Below are positions 11,941-22,730 of a DNA stretch of 35,669 bases, one piece after another. This DNA comes from Octopus bimaculoides (lineage: Eukaryota): positions 70,384,787-70,420,455 of the forward strand of contig NC_068982.1 of assembly GCF_001194135.2 (NCBI RefSeq), given 5' to 3'. The notes under the pieces were generated by a model. The model was given only the letters and a program-made list of their open reading frames with translations, ran no database searches and was not told the origin of the DNA. Made by a program: the position numbers and the translations under genes. Every line of letters begins with the position of its first letter. Within the stretch, counting starts at the first letter, position 1.

Positions 11941-12553
11941 GTAAGATGACTCAGTACTTTCAGTTTTCCCTTCACTCTTACCGTATTTCAGTAAACTGAT
12001 CACAAATTTCTACTAAGATTGTCCTTTAAACTGGTAAACTTATCACCTAGGACTTCATTTTAAGTTACTGTAATTTGAACATGTTCAAAGATGAATTATT
12101 TGTTTCTTTTTCCTGTGCATTTTTTCATGTCAGCATGGGTTAGAACATTGTATATAGTTGAAGTGATGTTTTTTTTTGTTGTCAGCTGGATGCCCTTCCT
12201 GGTGCTAACTCTTAACTAATTTTTAAGTTAAGTGATTTTCATTCCACACCTCCTTGAAAGCACTAAGTGACTGGATTTACTGACATGTCAATAAACATCA
12301 CAATTTTATGAGATAATGCAGAATATAGGCATACAATACATGTGCAAGTACACACATACACACCTGCAAGCATGTACATTTTCATTAACACACACACACA
12401 AATACACACACGTGTGAAGGTACATTGCCTTCACATATGGTTATGTTTATAAACAACAACAAGGCATTTGAATATAATTAAAAGGAAAGAACACAAATTT
12501 TTAAACTAAAGATTGTATTTGTTGTTATTATTATTTGTTTTGTTTGCCTCCAG

Positions 12554-12700
12554 GTCCACAGTGTACCTCAAGAGAATTCTAATACCAATGCTAACAAACT
12601 CAAAAATCCTGAGAAAGATCTAAGAGAAACTAAGGAGTATCAAGTTGCTATGGAACTGGAAATTTGGAAAGAAGCTCAGAAGCAGAAGTTTGAAAATGAA
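12554..12700 (+). CDS. CEP120: CEP120 exon, start of coiled coil
   Basis: ctccAG acceptor, GTaagc donor, 49 codons. ...DLRETKEYQVAMELEIWKEAQKQKFENE versus recalled [28 protein letters not shown]. Confidence 0.95.
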
Positions 12701-12988
12701 GTAAGCCTTTATTGAAACAGAACTTTCTGTGTTCCTAATTAAGAGTATAATGCAAATCAATAACTTTAATCATTAGGTAATAATTAAATGAAGATAGTAA
12801 ATTGTGATGGACACACAGGCACAGGCATGACTGTCATTAAGAAGGTGGTTTCAGGTTCAGTCCCACTGCATGGCACCTTGGCTGAGTGTCTTCTATAGCA
12901 TTAGGTCGACATAATCCTTGTGAGTAGATTTGGTAGATAGAAACTGAAAGAAGCCCATTGTGTGTATGTAGGTGTGTATATGTATGTA

Positions 12989-13230
12989 CAACGTATCCAG
13001 CATGAAGAACTTAAGCGAGCTGCGCGAAAGCGCACGGCTCATAGTGAATGGGGAAAGCTTAATCTGCAATGTTTGCAGTCGTGTATGCCTGTCAAGAGCA
13101 GGGCTCATTAGCCACCAATGGAGCCGCAAATGCAAAATATAAGTTAGTCCCAGAGCGCACAATGTTCCTGAAGGTTGGCAATAGTCTTCCTCGGTCATGA
13201 GTGGACAGCCATCATGTATGTATGTATGTA
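12989..13230 (+). mobile_element. 5'-truncated LINE end encoding a C-terminal zinc finger, nested in a SINE microsatellite
   Basis: QRIQHEELKRAARKR (frameshift) ESLICNVCSRVCLSRAGLISHQWSRKCKI*, then a short UTR and (TATG)n tail. CpG-rich. The C-x2-C...GL-SH motif is typical of RTE/BovB-like ORF ends. Confidence 0.72.
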
Positions 13231-13479
13231 TATGCATGCATTTGTGTAGATTAAGAAAGCAGTCTTTTTGTTTTAACATCATGTGATAGTTGTAAATTAG
13301 TGTCACTGTCATACAAGCTGTGTCATTCATTTCTAATCTTCTGTGGAAACATGTCCAGCCATGGAGAAATATTATCTTGCTTGGAAACAGGTGAGGGTTG
13401 GCAACAGGAGGGGCAGTCATGCAGCTGAAGAAATGTAACTCAACAAATTCTGTTTGATCCATGCAAGTATGGTGTTGTT

Positions 13480-13743
13480 GTTGGCACTCCGTCGCTTACG
13501 ACATCGAGGGTTCCAGTTGATCCGATCAACGGAACAGCCTGCTCATGAAATTAACGTGCAAGTGGCTGAGCACTCCACAGACACGTGTACCCTTAACGTA
13601 GTTCTTGGGGATATTCAGCGTGACATAGTGTGACAAGGCTGACCCTTTGAATTACAGGTACAACAGAAACAGGAAGAAAGAGTGAGAGAAAGTTGTGGTG
13701 GAAGAGTACAGCAGGGTTCGCCACCATCCCCTGCCAGAGCCTC
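13480..13743 (-). mobile_element. SINE 3' body with core shared with 24340-24600
   Basis: GGGTTCCAGTTGATCCGATCAACGGAACAGCC...GTGCAAGTGGCTGAGCACTCCACAGACACG...GCTGACCCTTTGAA recurs in degenerate form at 24364-24510. Confidence 0.7.
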
Positions 13744-14274
13744 NNNNNNNNNNNNNNNNNNNNNNNNNNNNNNNNNNNNNNNNNNNNNNNNNNNNNNNNN
13801 NNNNNNNNNNNNNNNNNNNNNNNNNNNNNNNNNNNNNNNNNNNNNNNNNNNNNNNNNNNNNNNNNNNNNNNNNNNNNNNNNNNNNNNNNNNNNNNNNNNN
13901 NNNNNNNNNNNNNNNNNNNNNNNNNNNNNNNNNNNNNNNNNNNNNNNNNNNNNNNNNNNNNNNNNNNNNNNNNNNNNNNNNNNNNNNNNNNNNNNNNNNN
14001 NNNNNNNNNNNNNNNNNNNNNNNNNNNNNNNNNNNNNNNNNNNNNNNNNNNNNNNNNNNNNNNNNNNNNNNNNNNNNNNNNNNNNNNNNNNNNNNNNNNN
14101 NNNNNNNNNNNNNNNNNNNNNNNNNNNNNNNNNNNNNNNNNNNNNNNNNNNNNNNNNNNNNNNNNNNNNNNNNNNNNNNNNNNNNNNNNNNNNNNNNNNN
14201 NNNNNNNNNNNNNNNNNNNNNNNNNNNNNNNNNNNNNNNNNNNNNNNNNNNNNNNNNNNNNNNNNNNNNNNNNN
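13744..14274. other. Assembly gap, probably hiding a CEP120 exon (other gaps: 874-1854, 8596-9059, 9795-9804, 23149-23947, 25143-25152, 26969-27331, 32621-33015)
   Basis: Run of N; see the finding on the missing coiled-coil exon. Confidence 0.9.
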
Positions 14275-14330
14275 TTGTCATTATTATAACTTAGCATTCT
14301 TCATTAAACTTTATTTTGATAACTTAATTA

Positions 14331-15656
14331 TGAGAGTTGTCTGAAACATTCATAGGCTGACCAAGATACTCTCATGGTGATGCAGTGTTTGGATCTTATT
14401 GGTGAAGATGCTTTCATCTTACAGTTCTATATTTAAGAGTTGAGGAATTATGTACATTATTTACATTTGACAGATATTTTGTCCTCATCTTGTTTGTTGT
14501 TAACATAACGTTTCAGCTGATATACCCTCCAGCCTTCATCATTGATAAAGGCTGGAGGGTGTATCAGCCAAAACGTTGTGTTAACAACAAACAAGACAAG
14601 GACAAATATCCATCAAATATAAATAATATAAATAATGTGCTTTTATCTTGTTAGTCAAAAAATGTCATAAACAGCAGATATGACATCATCGTCACTGCAA
14701 TGTTGCTTCCCAGCCAAGTGGTTTTTCATGTTGGGGAATAGATGATAGTCAGATGGGGCCAAATCAAGAGAACAGGGAGATGGATCAACCAGTTCAAGCC
14801 AAAGTCATGCACAACAGCCATTGAAAGCAAGCTCTTGTATGCTGGAGAATTGTCCTGATGAAACAAGACCCTTTTTGTCAGTTTTCCTGGGCATTCAGTC
14901 TTGATAGCTTTCTGCAATTGCTATAGCAAGTTGGCATAGTACTCTCCATTGATGGTGTGTCCTTTTTGAATTGATATCTTTGTTTCTGGCTCAGAGTGAT
15001 GGATCCAACACTCATCCTGGGTCAGGAGACATTCAAGGAAAGTGATTGGGTCTGCCTCAAACAATGTCAGATTTTATTGTGATGTGATCAGCCTGGTGCA
15101 CTTTTGATTAGGTGTCAGAAGACTTGTCACCCACCAAGCAGAAACCTTTATCATGCCAAGTTCATTGTGCGGAATATTCTCAACTCATGAGATATGCTAA
15201 TAACATTGGCTATTTATAGTCAATTGCCTGTCATCAGTCACCATGTGGTAAACATAAATGTTTTCCTTGGTGGTGGCAGTTGCTGGATGTCCAGACCTTG
15301 GTCATCTCTCAAAACTCTGTGGTTCCCTCCTAAATTCAGCTGCCCACTTTTGCACTGTTGATAAAGCTGGAGTGTCATCCCCTAATGTAGCAACCATGTC
15401 AGCATGAATGTCCATGGAGGCTAAACCCTTTTTCTGCAGGTACTTGTTAACACCACAATGTCAAATTTAGTTTATTTTCAAACAGAAGTCACTACTAGTT
15501 ACTTTTGAAGTCTTCTTTGAACTGTGAGATGTTAGTTTACCTGGAAAGAAACAATATAGTTATTAATAAGAAGCATTGAAATTAATGCATGCAAGATTTC
15601 ACAGCTCTAGCATTGCTCCTTCATAGTGTGCCTATGAACTTTTTAGCTCACTCTCA
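14331..15656 (-). mobile_element. Second-family decayed mariner, full length, with nested palindromic insert
   Basis: TIRs ta|TGAGAGTTGTCTGAAACATTCATAGGC and GCCTATGAACTTTTTAGCTCACTCTCA|ta. Minus-strand translation gives KYLQKKGL...STVQKWAAEFRR and KRVLFHQDNSPAYKS. Confidence 0.92.
14421..14637. mobile_element. Palindromic Penelope-like (PLE) remnant with 12-bp TSD and two degenerate hammerhead motifs
   Basis: Arms ~14453-14536 and ~14547-14640 are inverted. The insert is flanked by TGCTTTCATCTT (14409-14420) and TGCTTTTATCTT (14638-14649) and interrupts the mariner sequence that is continuous in the 30.5 kb copy. Confidence 0.75.
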
Positions 15657-15977
15657 TACTTAACACATTACACTAGCATTTAGATTACTCTGTCAAAGAT
15701 AATGTTTATTTATTCTCATTGTATTTTATTGTATCAAATAAAATGCAGAAGTTGCAGAATTTGAGTTGCAAGATAGCTTATGGAGAAGCACAAAGTAAAA
15801 TAAGGCTTGTGTTTCCATAGAGTAAAAATTAGTTGATTCCTTCTCTTTTTTTTTTCTGATATTAGGGTTAGCAACATGAAACCTAAAAGGTATTTAAGTC
15901 TGTGTATTTCTTCCCTGATATTAGTGTTGGCAAAATATAAATATATTCTTTGATATGAAAAAAATGTTTTTATGTAG

Positions 15978-16070
15978 CTTTCAGAATACAACCAATTGGA
16001 AGAAACTTTGCAGAAAGCCTTAAAAGATTTAGCTAAAAAAGAACAAGAATTAACTGCCAAAGAAAAAGAG
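15978..16070 (+). CDS. CEP120: CEP120 exon, coiled coil
   Basis: atgtAG acceptor, GTaagc donor, 31 codons. LSEYNQLEETLQKALKDLAKKEQELTAKEKE versus recalled [31 protein letters not shown]. Confidence 0.92.
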
Positions 16071-16339
16071 GTAAGCAATTAAATTCATCAATATTTCACT
16101 CTCTATCTGTTCCCTTTTGTATATGTTTTTGTTTGTAATCTATAAATACACATAGGGCAAAAAAGCAAGAAGATACTGGTGATAGCCAGGAGGTAGTTTT
16201 GGAAAGTATTCAATAACTGCAGGATTGGCTGTGTGGTTAAGAAGTTTGCTTCCCAATCGCATGATTTCAGGTTCAGACCCACTGCATGGCACCTTGGGCG
16301 AGTGTCTTCTACTAGAGCCCTGGACTGACAGAAAGGAAC

Positions 16340-16485
16340 CCATTGGGTGCACTTTGTTGTACATGCGCACTGACATTATGTGGAGCATACTGGCTTCATT
16401 TCTTTCAAGCCTTTGCATATCCTGTGCAGTCACAGCTCCTGTTTCAGTGTCATGTAGTGTAGGTGTTCGTACACAGACATCATGT
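16340..16485 (-). mobile_element. RTE ORF2 fragment
   Basis: VRTPTLHDTETGAVTAQDMQRLERNEASMLHIM resembles RTE LYGSETW...LE--E--MLRWM. Confidence 0.65.
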
Positions 16486-16542
16486 ATAATCACACCAAAC
16501 ATATGTTGTGAATAATTCAGTTGTTACTATTTTATGCTTCAG

Positions 16543-16655
16543 GTGGTCCAGCTGCGAAATGATCAGAATCGAGAACATGAACGTAGGTTGGCTGAAATGA
16601 AAGAAGCTTCTCAAAGACTCCAAGATGACTGTGAACATCGCATCCAGCTAGAAAG
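16543..16655 (+). CDS. CEP120: CEP120 exon, coiled coil
   Basis: cttcAG acceptor; donor GTtgtt is weak but in the required phase 2. VVQLRNDQNREHERRLAEMKEASQRLQDDCEHRIQLE(R) versus recalled ...RAKEDCIHQVELER. Confidence 0.9.
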
Positions 16656-16718
16656 GTTGTTTACTGCTTTTAACATTTGAAAAAAATAATTCACTTTCTG
16701 CTTTAACAATTTATCCCC

Positions 16719-16879
16719 CACTCTCAGAGTGGTTGGCGTTAGGAAGGGCATCCAGCTGTAGAAACTCTGCCAAATCAGATTGGAGCCTGGTGTAGCCATC
16801 TGGTTCACCAGTCCTCAGTCAAATCGTCCAACCCATGCTAGCATGGAAAGCGGACGTTAAACGATGATGATGATGATGA
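16719..16879 (+). mobile_element. Young RTE-LINE 3' tail copy (short)
   Basis: Same tail, 5'-truncated; (GAT)n end. Confidence 0.8.
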
Positions 16880-17270
16880 TTAAATGTGGATGTTCTATTT
16901 GAACAAACTTTACTGCAGTAGTTACCATGAGAGAAACTTTCATATAGGCTTTTTGGTGTGAAATACACTTTTGTTTATATTACTAGTAGAGAGATAAATC
17001 TCTGCTATTTCCAGCGCCAAGACCCCCAGATCATGTGATTTTGACCTTGCTTGGATACCTGACTGCTGGAGGCAGCCGCAATTCAACAATTTATACAAAA
17101 CCTCTGTTTTTGCAGACCTAGACTTGTGTAGAAAAAGATAAATCCATCTGAAGAAACACAGAAATAAATATTATATAAGTATAGTACCATAATTTTAGAC
17201 ATAGGAGGAAGTACTGGTTGTATATCACTTATATGTTCTTCATACCCTGACGAATAATTTGTTACATATA

Positions 17271-18526
17271 TTGGATCATCCCATAAATAATGTGGTTTTT
17301 TCCAAGTTGCATGAACTAAAAGTCGGAGGGGGTCGGGATAAACTACATGCTTCAACTTTCTATAAAAGCAGTTAGTAATTTTACCGTGACCTTATTTTTA
17401 GTGTAAGTTTTGAAGAGTACATTTCAATTTTAACAGTTATTTTTTCAAAGCTATAATGGAAGTGACAAAGGAGCATATTTTGCTTTATGAGTTCAATAAA
17501 GGCAACAATGCAATGGAATATTAATGCAGTGTATAGGGATCGGACAATAAGCATAAGCCAGTGTCAACAGTGGTTCCAGAAATTCTGAGCCAGTAGCTAC
17601 AGCCTAGATGAGCCTCGTCCTGGAAGATCTGTAGAGCTCAACAAGGACATCCTGCAAACCTTGGTGGAACAAAATCCCATCATAACTGTTGAAGAACTAG
17701 TAGAGAAGCTTGGATTTGGTCATTCAACCATTCTTGACACCAGCGTGCCATTGGAAAAGTCAGCAAATTGGGTCAATGGGTCCCTCACAAACTTTCCTAG
17801 TCTAATCGCATGCAGAGAGTGAATGTGTGCATTTCTTTGCTGTCATGTCCCACGAATGAACCTTTTTTGGACCAAATAGTAACTGGTGACAAGAAATGGG
17901 TTCTCTATAAAAATATCGAACATCGAAGACAGTAGGTAGGGAAAGGAGAAACACTGGCACCCCAGGCTTAAGAAGGTCTTCACCCACGTAAGGTGTTGTT
18001 ATCTGTTTGGTGGGATATGAAATGTTTTGTCCAGTTTGAACTTTTAAACCCAAACCTAATGATAACAAAGGAGATCTACTGCAAGCAGCTTGAGTGGCTT
18101 AAGTCAGCGCTAGAAGGAAAATGACCATCCTTGGTTTCAAGACGAAAAGTGTTCTTCCATCAGGATAATGCTTGACCACATACAGTGAGGCTGACATCCC
18201 AAAGGCTGGAGCAGTTTGAAACGATGCCCCACCCACCATATTCGCCAGACATTGCCTCATCTGATTATCAATTATTCTAAGGTCTTCAAAATCATTTGGA
18301 CAAAAAAAATATGAATTCTGTAGACGAGGTCAGAACAGTACTGGAGGAGTATTTTTCATCACGGACAAGTGAATTTTGGAAGAGGGGCCTTGCAAGTCTA
18401 CCAGATAGATGGAAGAGCATTGTAGAAAATGAAGGAGAGTATACTTTAAATTAAAGAAGAACTTTGTTTATCTTAATTTTGAAAAATAAAAGTATAAAAA
18501 GAGGCATTATTTATGGGATGACTCAA
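17271..18526 (+). mobile_element. Full-length decayed mariner (DD34D) transposon
   Basis: TIRs TTGGATCATCCCATAAATAATG and CATTATTTATGGGATGACTCAA, each flanked by TA. Transposase relic 17456-18454 has WVPHKL, IVTGDKKW, HQDNA and HPPYSPDIASSDY motifs with several stops. Confidence 0.96.
17456..18454 (+). pseudogene. Mariner transposase pseudogene
   Basis: MEVTKEHILLYEFNKG...RWKSIVENEGEYTLN*, with multiple in-frame stops and frameshifts. Confidence 0.93.
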
Positions 18527-18553
18527 TATTTCTCATTCTTTCATTTTATTCAG

Positions 18554-18602
18554 AGTGAAGACATCAGAATATGAAGGGTTGGTCTCTAAATACAAACAGG
18601 AG
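18554..18602 (+). CDS. CEP120: CEP120 short exon, coiled coil
   Basis: attcAG acceptor, GTaaag donor. 49 nt, (R)VKTSEYEGLVSKYKQE. The 16-codon length and phases 2 and 0 fill the gap between flanking exons. Confidence 0.85.
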
Positions 18603-19881
18603 GTAAAGATATATTTTTAAATATTTGTATTTCATTTTTTTTAAAGATATTGTTTTCTGTTTTCATTGACATTATCATCTCCATCACCACCACAAATATT
18701 AGTTCTGTCACCATCATCACCATAGCTTTGGGTCAACAAAAACCTTCTGAGTGGATTTTTGTAGATGCTTACAACAGATTAGTCTCTGCTCAAGTCATCT
18801 TTAGTGCCAAGTTGTGATGATAAACCAGTCAACAAATTATATGTAGCACTTGAGTAGGCCTTAATGGGATTTGAATTCAAAATGCAAAGTGTTGGAACAA
18901 ATACCACAAGGTGCCCACTCTGATGTTTTTACAATTTGACCTATCCGCTGCTATGGATTGGTTGTGTTTTTTATTGACCCCAAATGGATTAAAGGTAAAG
19001 TTAACTTCAGCAGAATTTGAACTCAGAGGCGCAGGTGTGTTTGTGTGGTTATGAAGTTTGCTTCCTAGCCACATGGTTTTTGGGTTTGGTCCCCACTTCT
19101 GTGGCACCTTGGGCAAGTGTTGTCTTCTATTTTCCCAGGCCAAACAAAGCCTTGTGAGTGGATTTAGTTGATGGAAACTGAAAGAAGCCTATTATATGTA
19201 TGTATGTATGTATGCATGTATACATACATGCAGTGTCATTTATTTCCATTATCTTGTGAGAACCTTTCTGACCAGAGGGAAATATTACTTTGTTTGCAAA
19301 CATGTGAGTGCTGGCAACAGGAAAGGCATCTAGCTGCACAATAAACAGTGTGGCTCCACCCACTAAGACTACAACACCAACAACAATAAACTCTGTCCAA
19401 CCCATATAAGCATGGAAAAGTGAACTTTAAAATGATAAGTGTAGCTAGAATATATTTGCTGATTGTTTTGTACATAGTCATATTTGAGTTTTGGCACTGA
19501 AAAATTAGGAGTTACAGGTAATTGCTTAATGGTTTAGTTGTATCTCCTTGTGTTAGCTATTTTGTTTTCATTTACACTGCACATTTTACATGCTGTAAAG
19601 TAGTTGGCATTAGGAAGGACATCCAACTGTAGAAACTGAGCCAGACCAGACTGGAACATGGTGCAGCTCTCCAGCTTTCCAGCTCTGGTCAAACCGTCCA
19701 ACCCATGCAACAGATGTTAAAGGCTGATGACGATTATTAGTAATTAGCTAACTATGAATTATCAATTCTTCAGTATTTAGGTTGCTATCACATCGACCTG
19801 GTTAACTCAGACTTTCTTGTGATGAATAGGTAACCCAAAAGTTGTTGACTCTGATTTATTTTTTTTTTCTCACTTTTAAAG

Positions 19882-20004
19882 TTATTGGATGCTGAGAAGA
19901 GGTATACAGCACTGAGTAAAGAGTTCAGCATTTTCAAAGAACAAGAAAATGGTAAACCTGAGGTCCGTCTACAATCTGAGATCAATATTTTAACAGTTGA
20001 AAAA
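19882..20004 (+). CDS. CEP120: CEP120 exon, coiled coil
   Basis: ttaaAG acceptor after a T-tract, GTaagt donor. [41 protein letters not shown] versus recalled [41 protein letters not shown]. Confidence 0.97.
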
Positions 20005-20221
20005 GTAAGTATTGCTGCAATTAAAATGCAGTTTGTAGCGATTGCTTATGAACAGCATTACATTGTTGCGGAATGTAATTTTTATTTTATTTGTACCCTT
20101 CATTTAGTTTTTTTTAATTAGCCTATGTGAAATGAACTAGTTTTTCGAATGTTTTATGACTCCTAATTGTACAATTCATTTTCTGTTAATTGTGTTATCT
20201 TTGTGCAATATACTGAAGCAG

Positions 20222-20670
20222 TTATGGCTCTGTGGTTAAGAAATTTGCTTCTCAACTATATGGTTTTGGATTCAGTTTCACCGAGTAGCACATTGAGCAA
20301 TTATCTTCTATATTCTTGGTTGACCAAAGCCTTGTGAATGGATTTGGTAGGCAGGAACTAAGAGGAAACTTTTGTGTGTGCATGTATGAATGTATATGTG
20401 TATGAGTGTGCATGGAGGTGTGTGTGTGTTTGTGTCTCCTTGTCTTGACATCACATGAAAGTTGTGAATAAGCATCACTGTCATGCTGGTGGTGTCCTTC
20501 ATTTCCAATCTTTCATGAAAGCACATCTGACCATGGGGAAATATTACCTTACCTGGAAACAGGTAAGGGTTGGCAACAAGAAGGGCATCCAGCTGTAGAA
20601 TGTTTACCTCAGTGAATTCTGTCTGAGCCATGCAAACATAGTGAGCGTTAAATGATGATGACGACGTTGT
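20222..20670 (+). mobile_element. tRNA-derived SINE type B with RTE-like tail (further copies at ~3258-3665, ~6921-7330, ~12822-13470, ~19030-19435; minus at ~21365-21890, ~10265-10500, ~30686-30975)
   Basis: Type A-like head, (GT)n, body GGAAATATTACCTT...GGAAACAGGT, then tail GGTTGGC...GAAGGGCATCCAGCTGTAGAA...(GAT)n. Confidence 0.78.
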
Positions 20671-21090
20671 TGCTGTTGTTGTCTTAATGGATGGAGCCTA
20701 TTTCTAGACTTCTGGCAACATTTGGAAATTGCAGGCGTGAAGTGTAAATGAAGTGAACTGGCTCACTGGAGAAATATATTTGCAATGCAGACTTTGTCTG
20801 TTCGGAACTTACTGTCACTCATTGGTGGGATAGTTTTTAATAACCTTCAATATTGTTGAAGCAAATATTATACTTTAGGATATTCTCTCTATTCTTTATT
20901 AGCTGTGAAGTAAGCATTGGATCTGTTATTAGGTTAGAAAACTGAAGCAAGCAGAATTGTATACTTTGTTATAATAACAATAATAGTAAGATTTTGAACT
21001 TAAGATGATATGGCTGGTAGTGTAATTACTTTAACCTCTTAGTTATTGTACTTCATCTGTTAAACTATTTAAATATGTTTACTTTTGCAG

Positions 21091-21335
21091 GTGGAGTTGG
21101 AGAAAAAACTTGATAATGCACTGAAATCAAAAATCCACTATAAGCAGCAGTGGGGACGTGCATTAAAAGAAGTTGCCCGCCTCAAGCATCGTGAGCAAGT
21201 CACTGCCAAAGCCCAGCTTAAAAAACAGCAAGATGAACTGGAGCAAATAAAGTTACGATATTTGGCTAACGAGGAGAAAGAGAGCATAAAGAGTGACAAA
21301 CTGGAATTAGAAGTGATCAAGAATGAGTTGAATAA
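21091..21335 (+). CDS. CEP120: CEP120 exon, coiled coil
   Basis: ttgcAG acceptor, GTtagt donor. [36 protein letters not shown]...[10 protein letters not shown] contains the CEP120 [12 protein letters not shown] motif. Confidence 0.97.
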
Positions 21336-22514
21336 GTTAGTAGTTTTATTGCTTGTATTATCATCATCATCATCATCATCATAATCTACTTTTCCATGTT
21401 TGCATTAGTTCAGATGGAATTTGTTGAAGCAGATTTTCTACAGCTTGTTGCCCTTCCTGTTGCCAACCCTCACCTTTTTCCAAGTAAGGTAATATTTCCC
21501 CATAGCCAGACATGCGTTCATAGAAGACTGGAAACGAAGGATACTGCTTGCTTGACAGTGATACTTGATAACAACCGTCATGCAAAATCAAAGCAAGAGA
21601 CAGTAACATGCACACATGCGCATGTGCACTCCCACCAAAATATATATATATATAGCAGGCTTCTTTCAGTTTCTGTCTACCAAATCCACTCACAAGGCTT
21701 TGGTTGAGTAGGGGGTATAGTAGAAGACACTTGTCCAAGGTGCCACACAGTGGAACTGAACCTAAGACAACATAATTGGAGGCAAGCTTCTTAACCACAG
21801 AGCACTTGCTCAATATGCCATACAGTGAAACTGAACTCAAGACCACATAGACAGAAAGCAAGCTTCATTTACATATGGCCATGCCTGCACCTGTATGTAA
21901 ATTAGTAATATCAGCTGAATTGTAATTAAGTGTTACTTTAATCTTGTTTTATTTTAACAAGGTTTTATGAAATGCGAATTGCTTTGAAAGCTTCTTGATT
22001 GAAACTATTTGAAACCACTCTGGAGAGAAGCTGAATGAATATCACTGCAAAGATGTCTTAGGAACCTTTGTTGAAGCAAAGCGATATGAAACATTTACTG
22101 GAGTTAACCTTTTGTTACCATGTTTCTAGTAAAATACTCTTCCTTCATTTCAACTAATTTTGTAAATAATGAGTAATCTAGTAAAACCATCACCATCATT
22201 CAAGGTCCGTTTTCAATGCTGGCATGAGTTAGATGGCTTGACTGGAGATGGAAAGCTGCACCAGGTTCCAGTCTGTTTTGGCTTGGTTTCTATGGCCAAA
22301 TGCCCTTCCAAATGTCAGCCACTCCACAGAGTAAGTGGTGTTTGGAGCATAAATTAACATGAGATGGTTTTAATTTAGATCACTTTAACCCTTTTGTTAC
22401 CATGAGTTTTTTGAAACCCATTGCTGTTGTTTCAATTAATTTTAAAAATAATACGAAGTACTGAAGAACGACCTCAAGACACTGAACCTTTTAGGTGAGA
22501 TGACAAAGAACTGA

Positions 22515-22730
22515 GGTGCCTGATACCTTGCTGTTGTTTCAGGACAATTACCCCCCCATAGGACAGTTCCCCCTGTTGACAACTACTCCCAAGGGCAAAT
22601 ACCCTCCTTGGTTAATTAACCCTCTCTAATATATTAAGAAGTTTTAAATCATCATCTGTTGTCCTTGGGGTTATTGTCTATGGCGGGGTGTTATTGTCCA
22701 TGGTGGGGACGGGGTAAATGTTCTAGGCTC
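22515..22730. mobile_element. MITE-like non-autonomous DNA element
   Basis: Left GGTGCCT[19-nt insert]AGGACAATTACC and right GGTAAATGTTCTAGGCTCC are imperfect TIRs. Subterminal GGACAAT/ATTGTCC repeats are in inverted orientation. Confidence 0.55.

Noticed and set aside
22104-22470. Two TTAACC(C)TTTTGTTACCATG starts resembling piggyBac-type ends
   Set aside because: Both are in the same orientation, no matching opposite TIR was found and they are too decayed to delimit.
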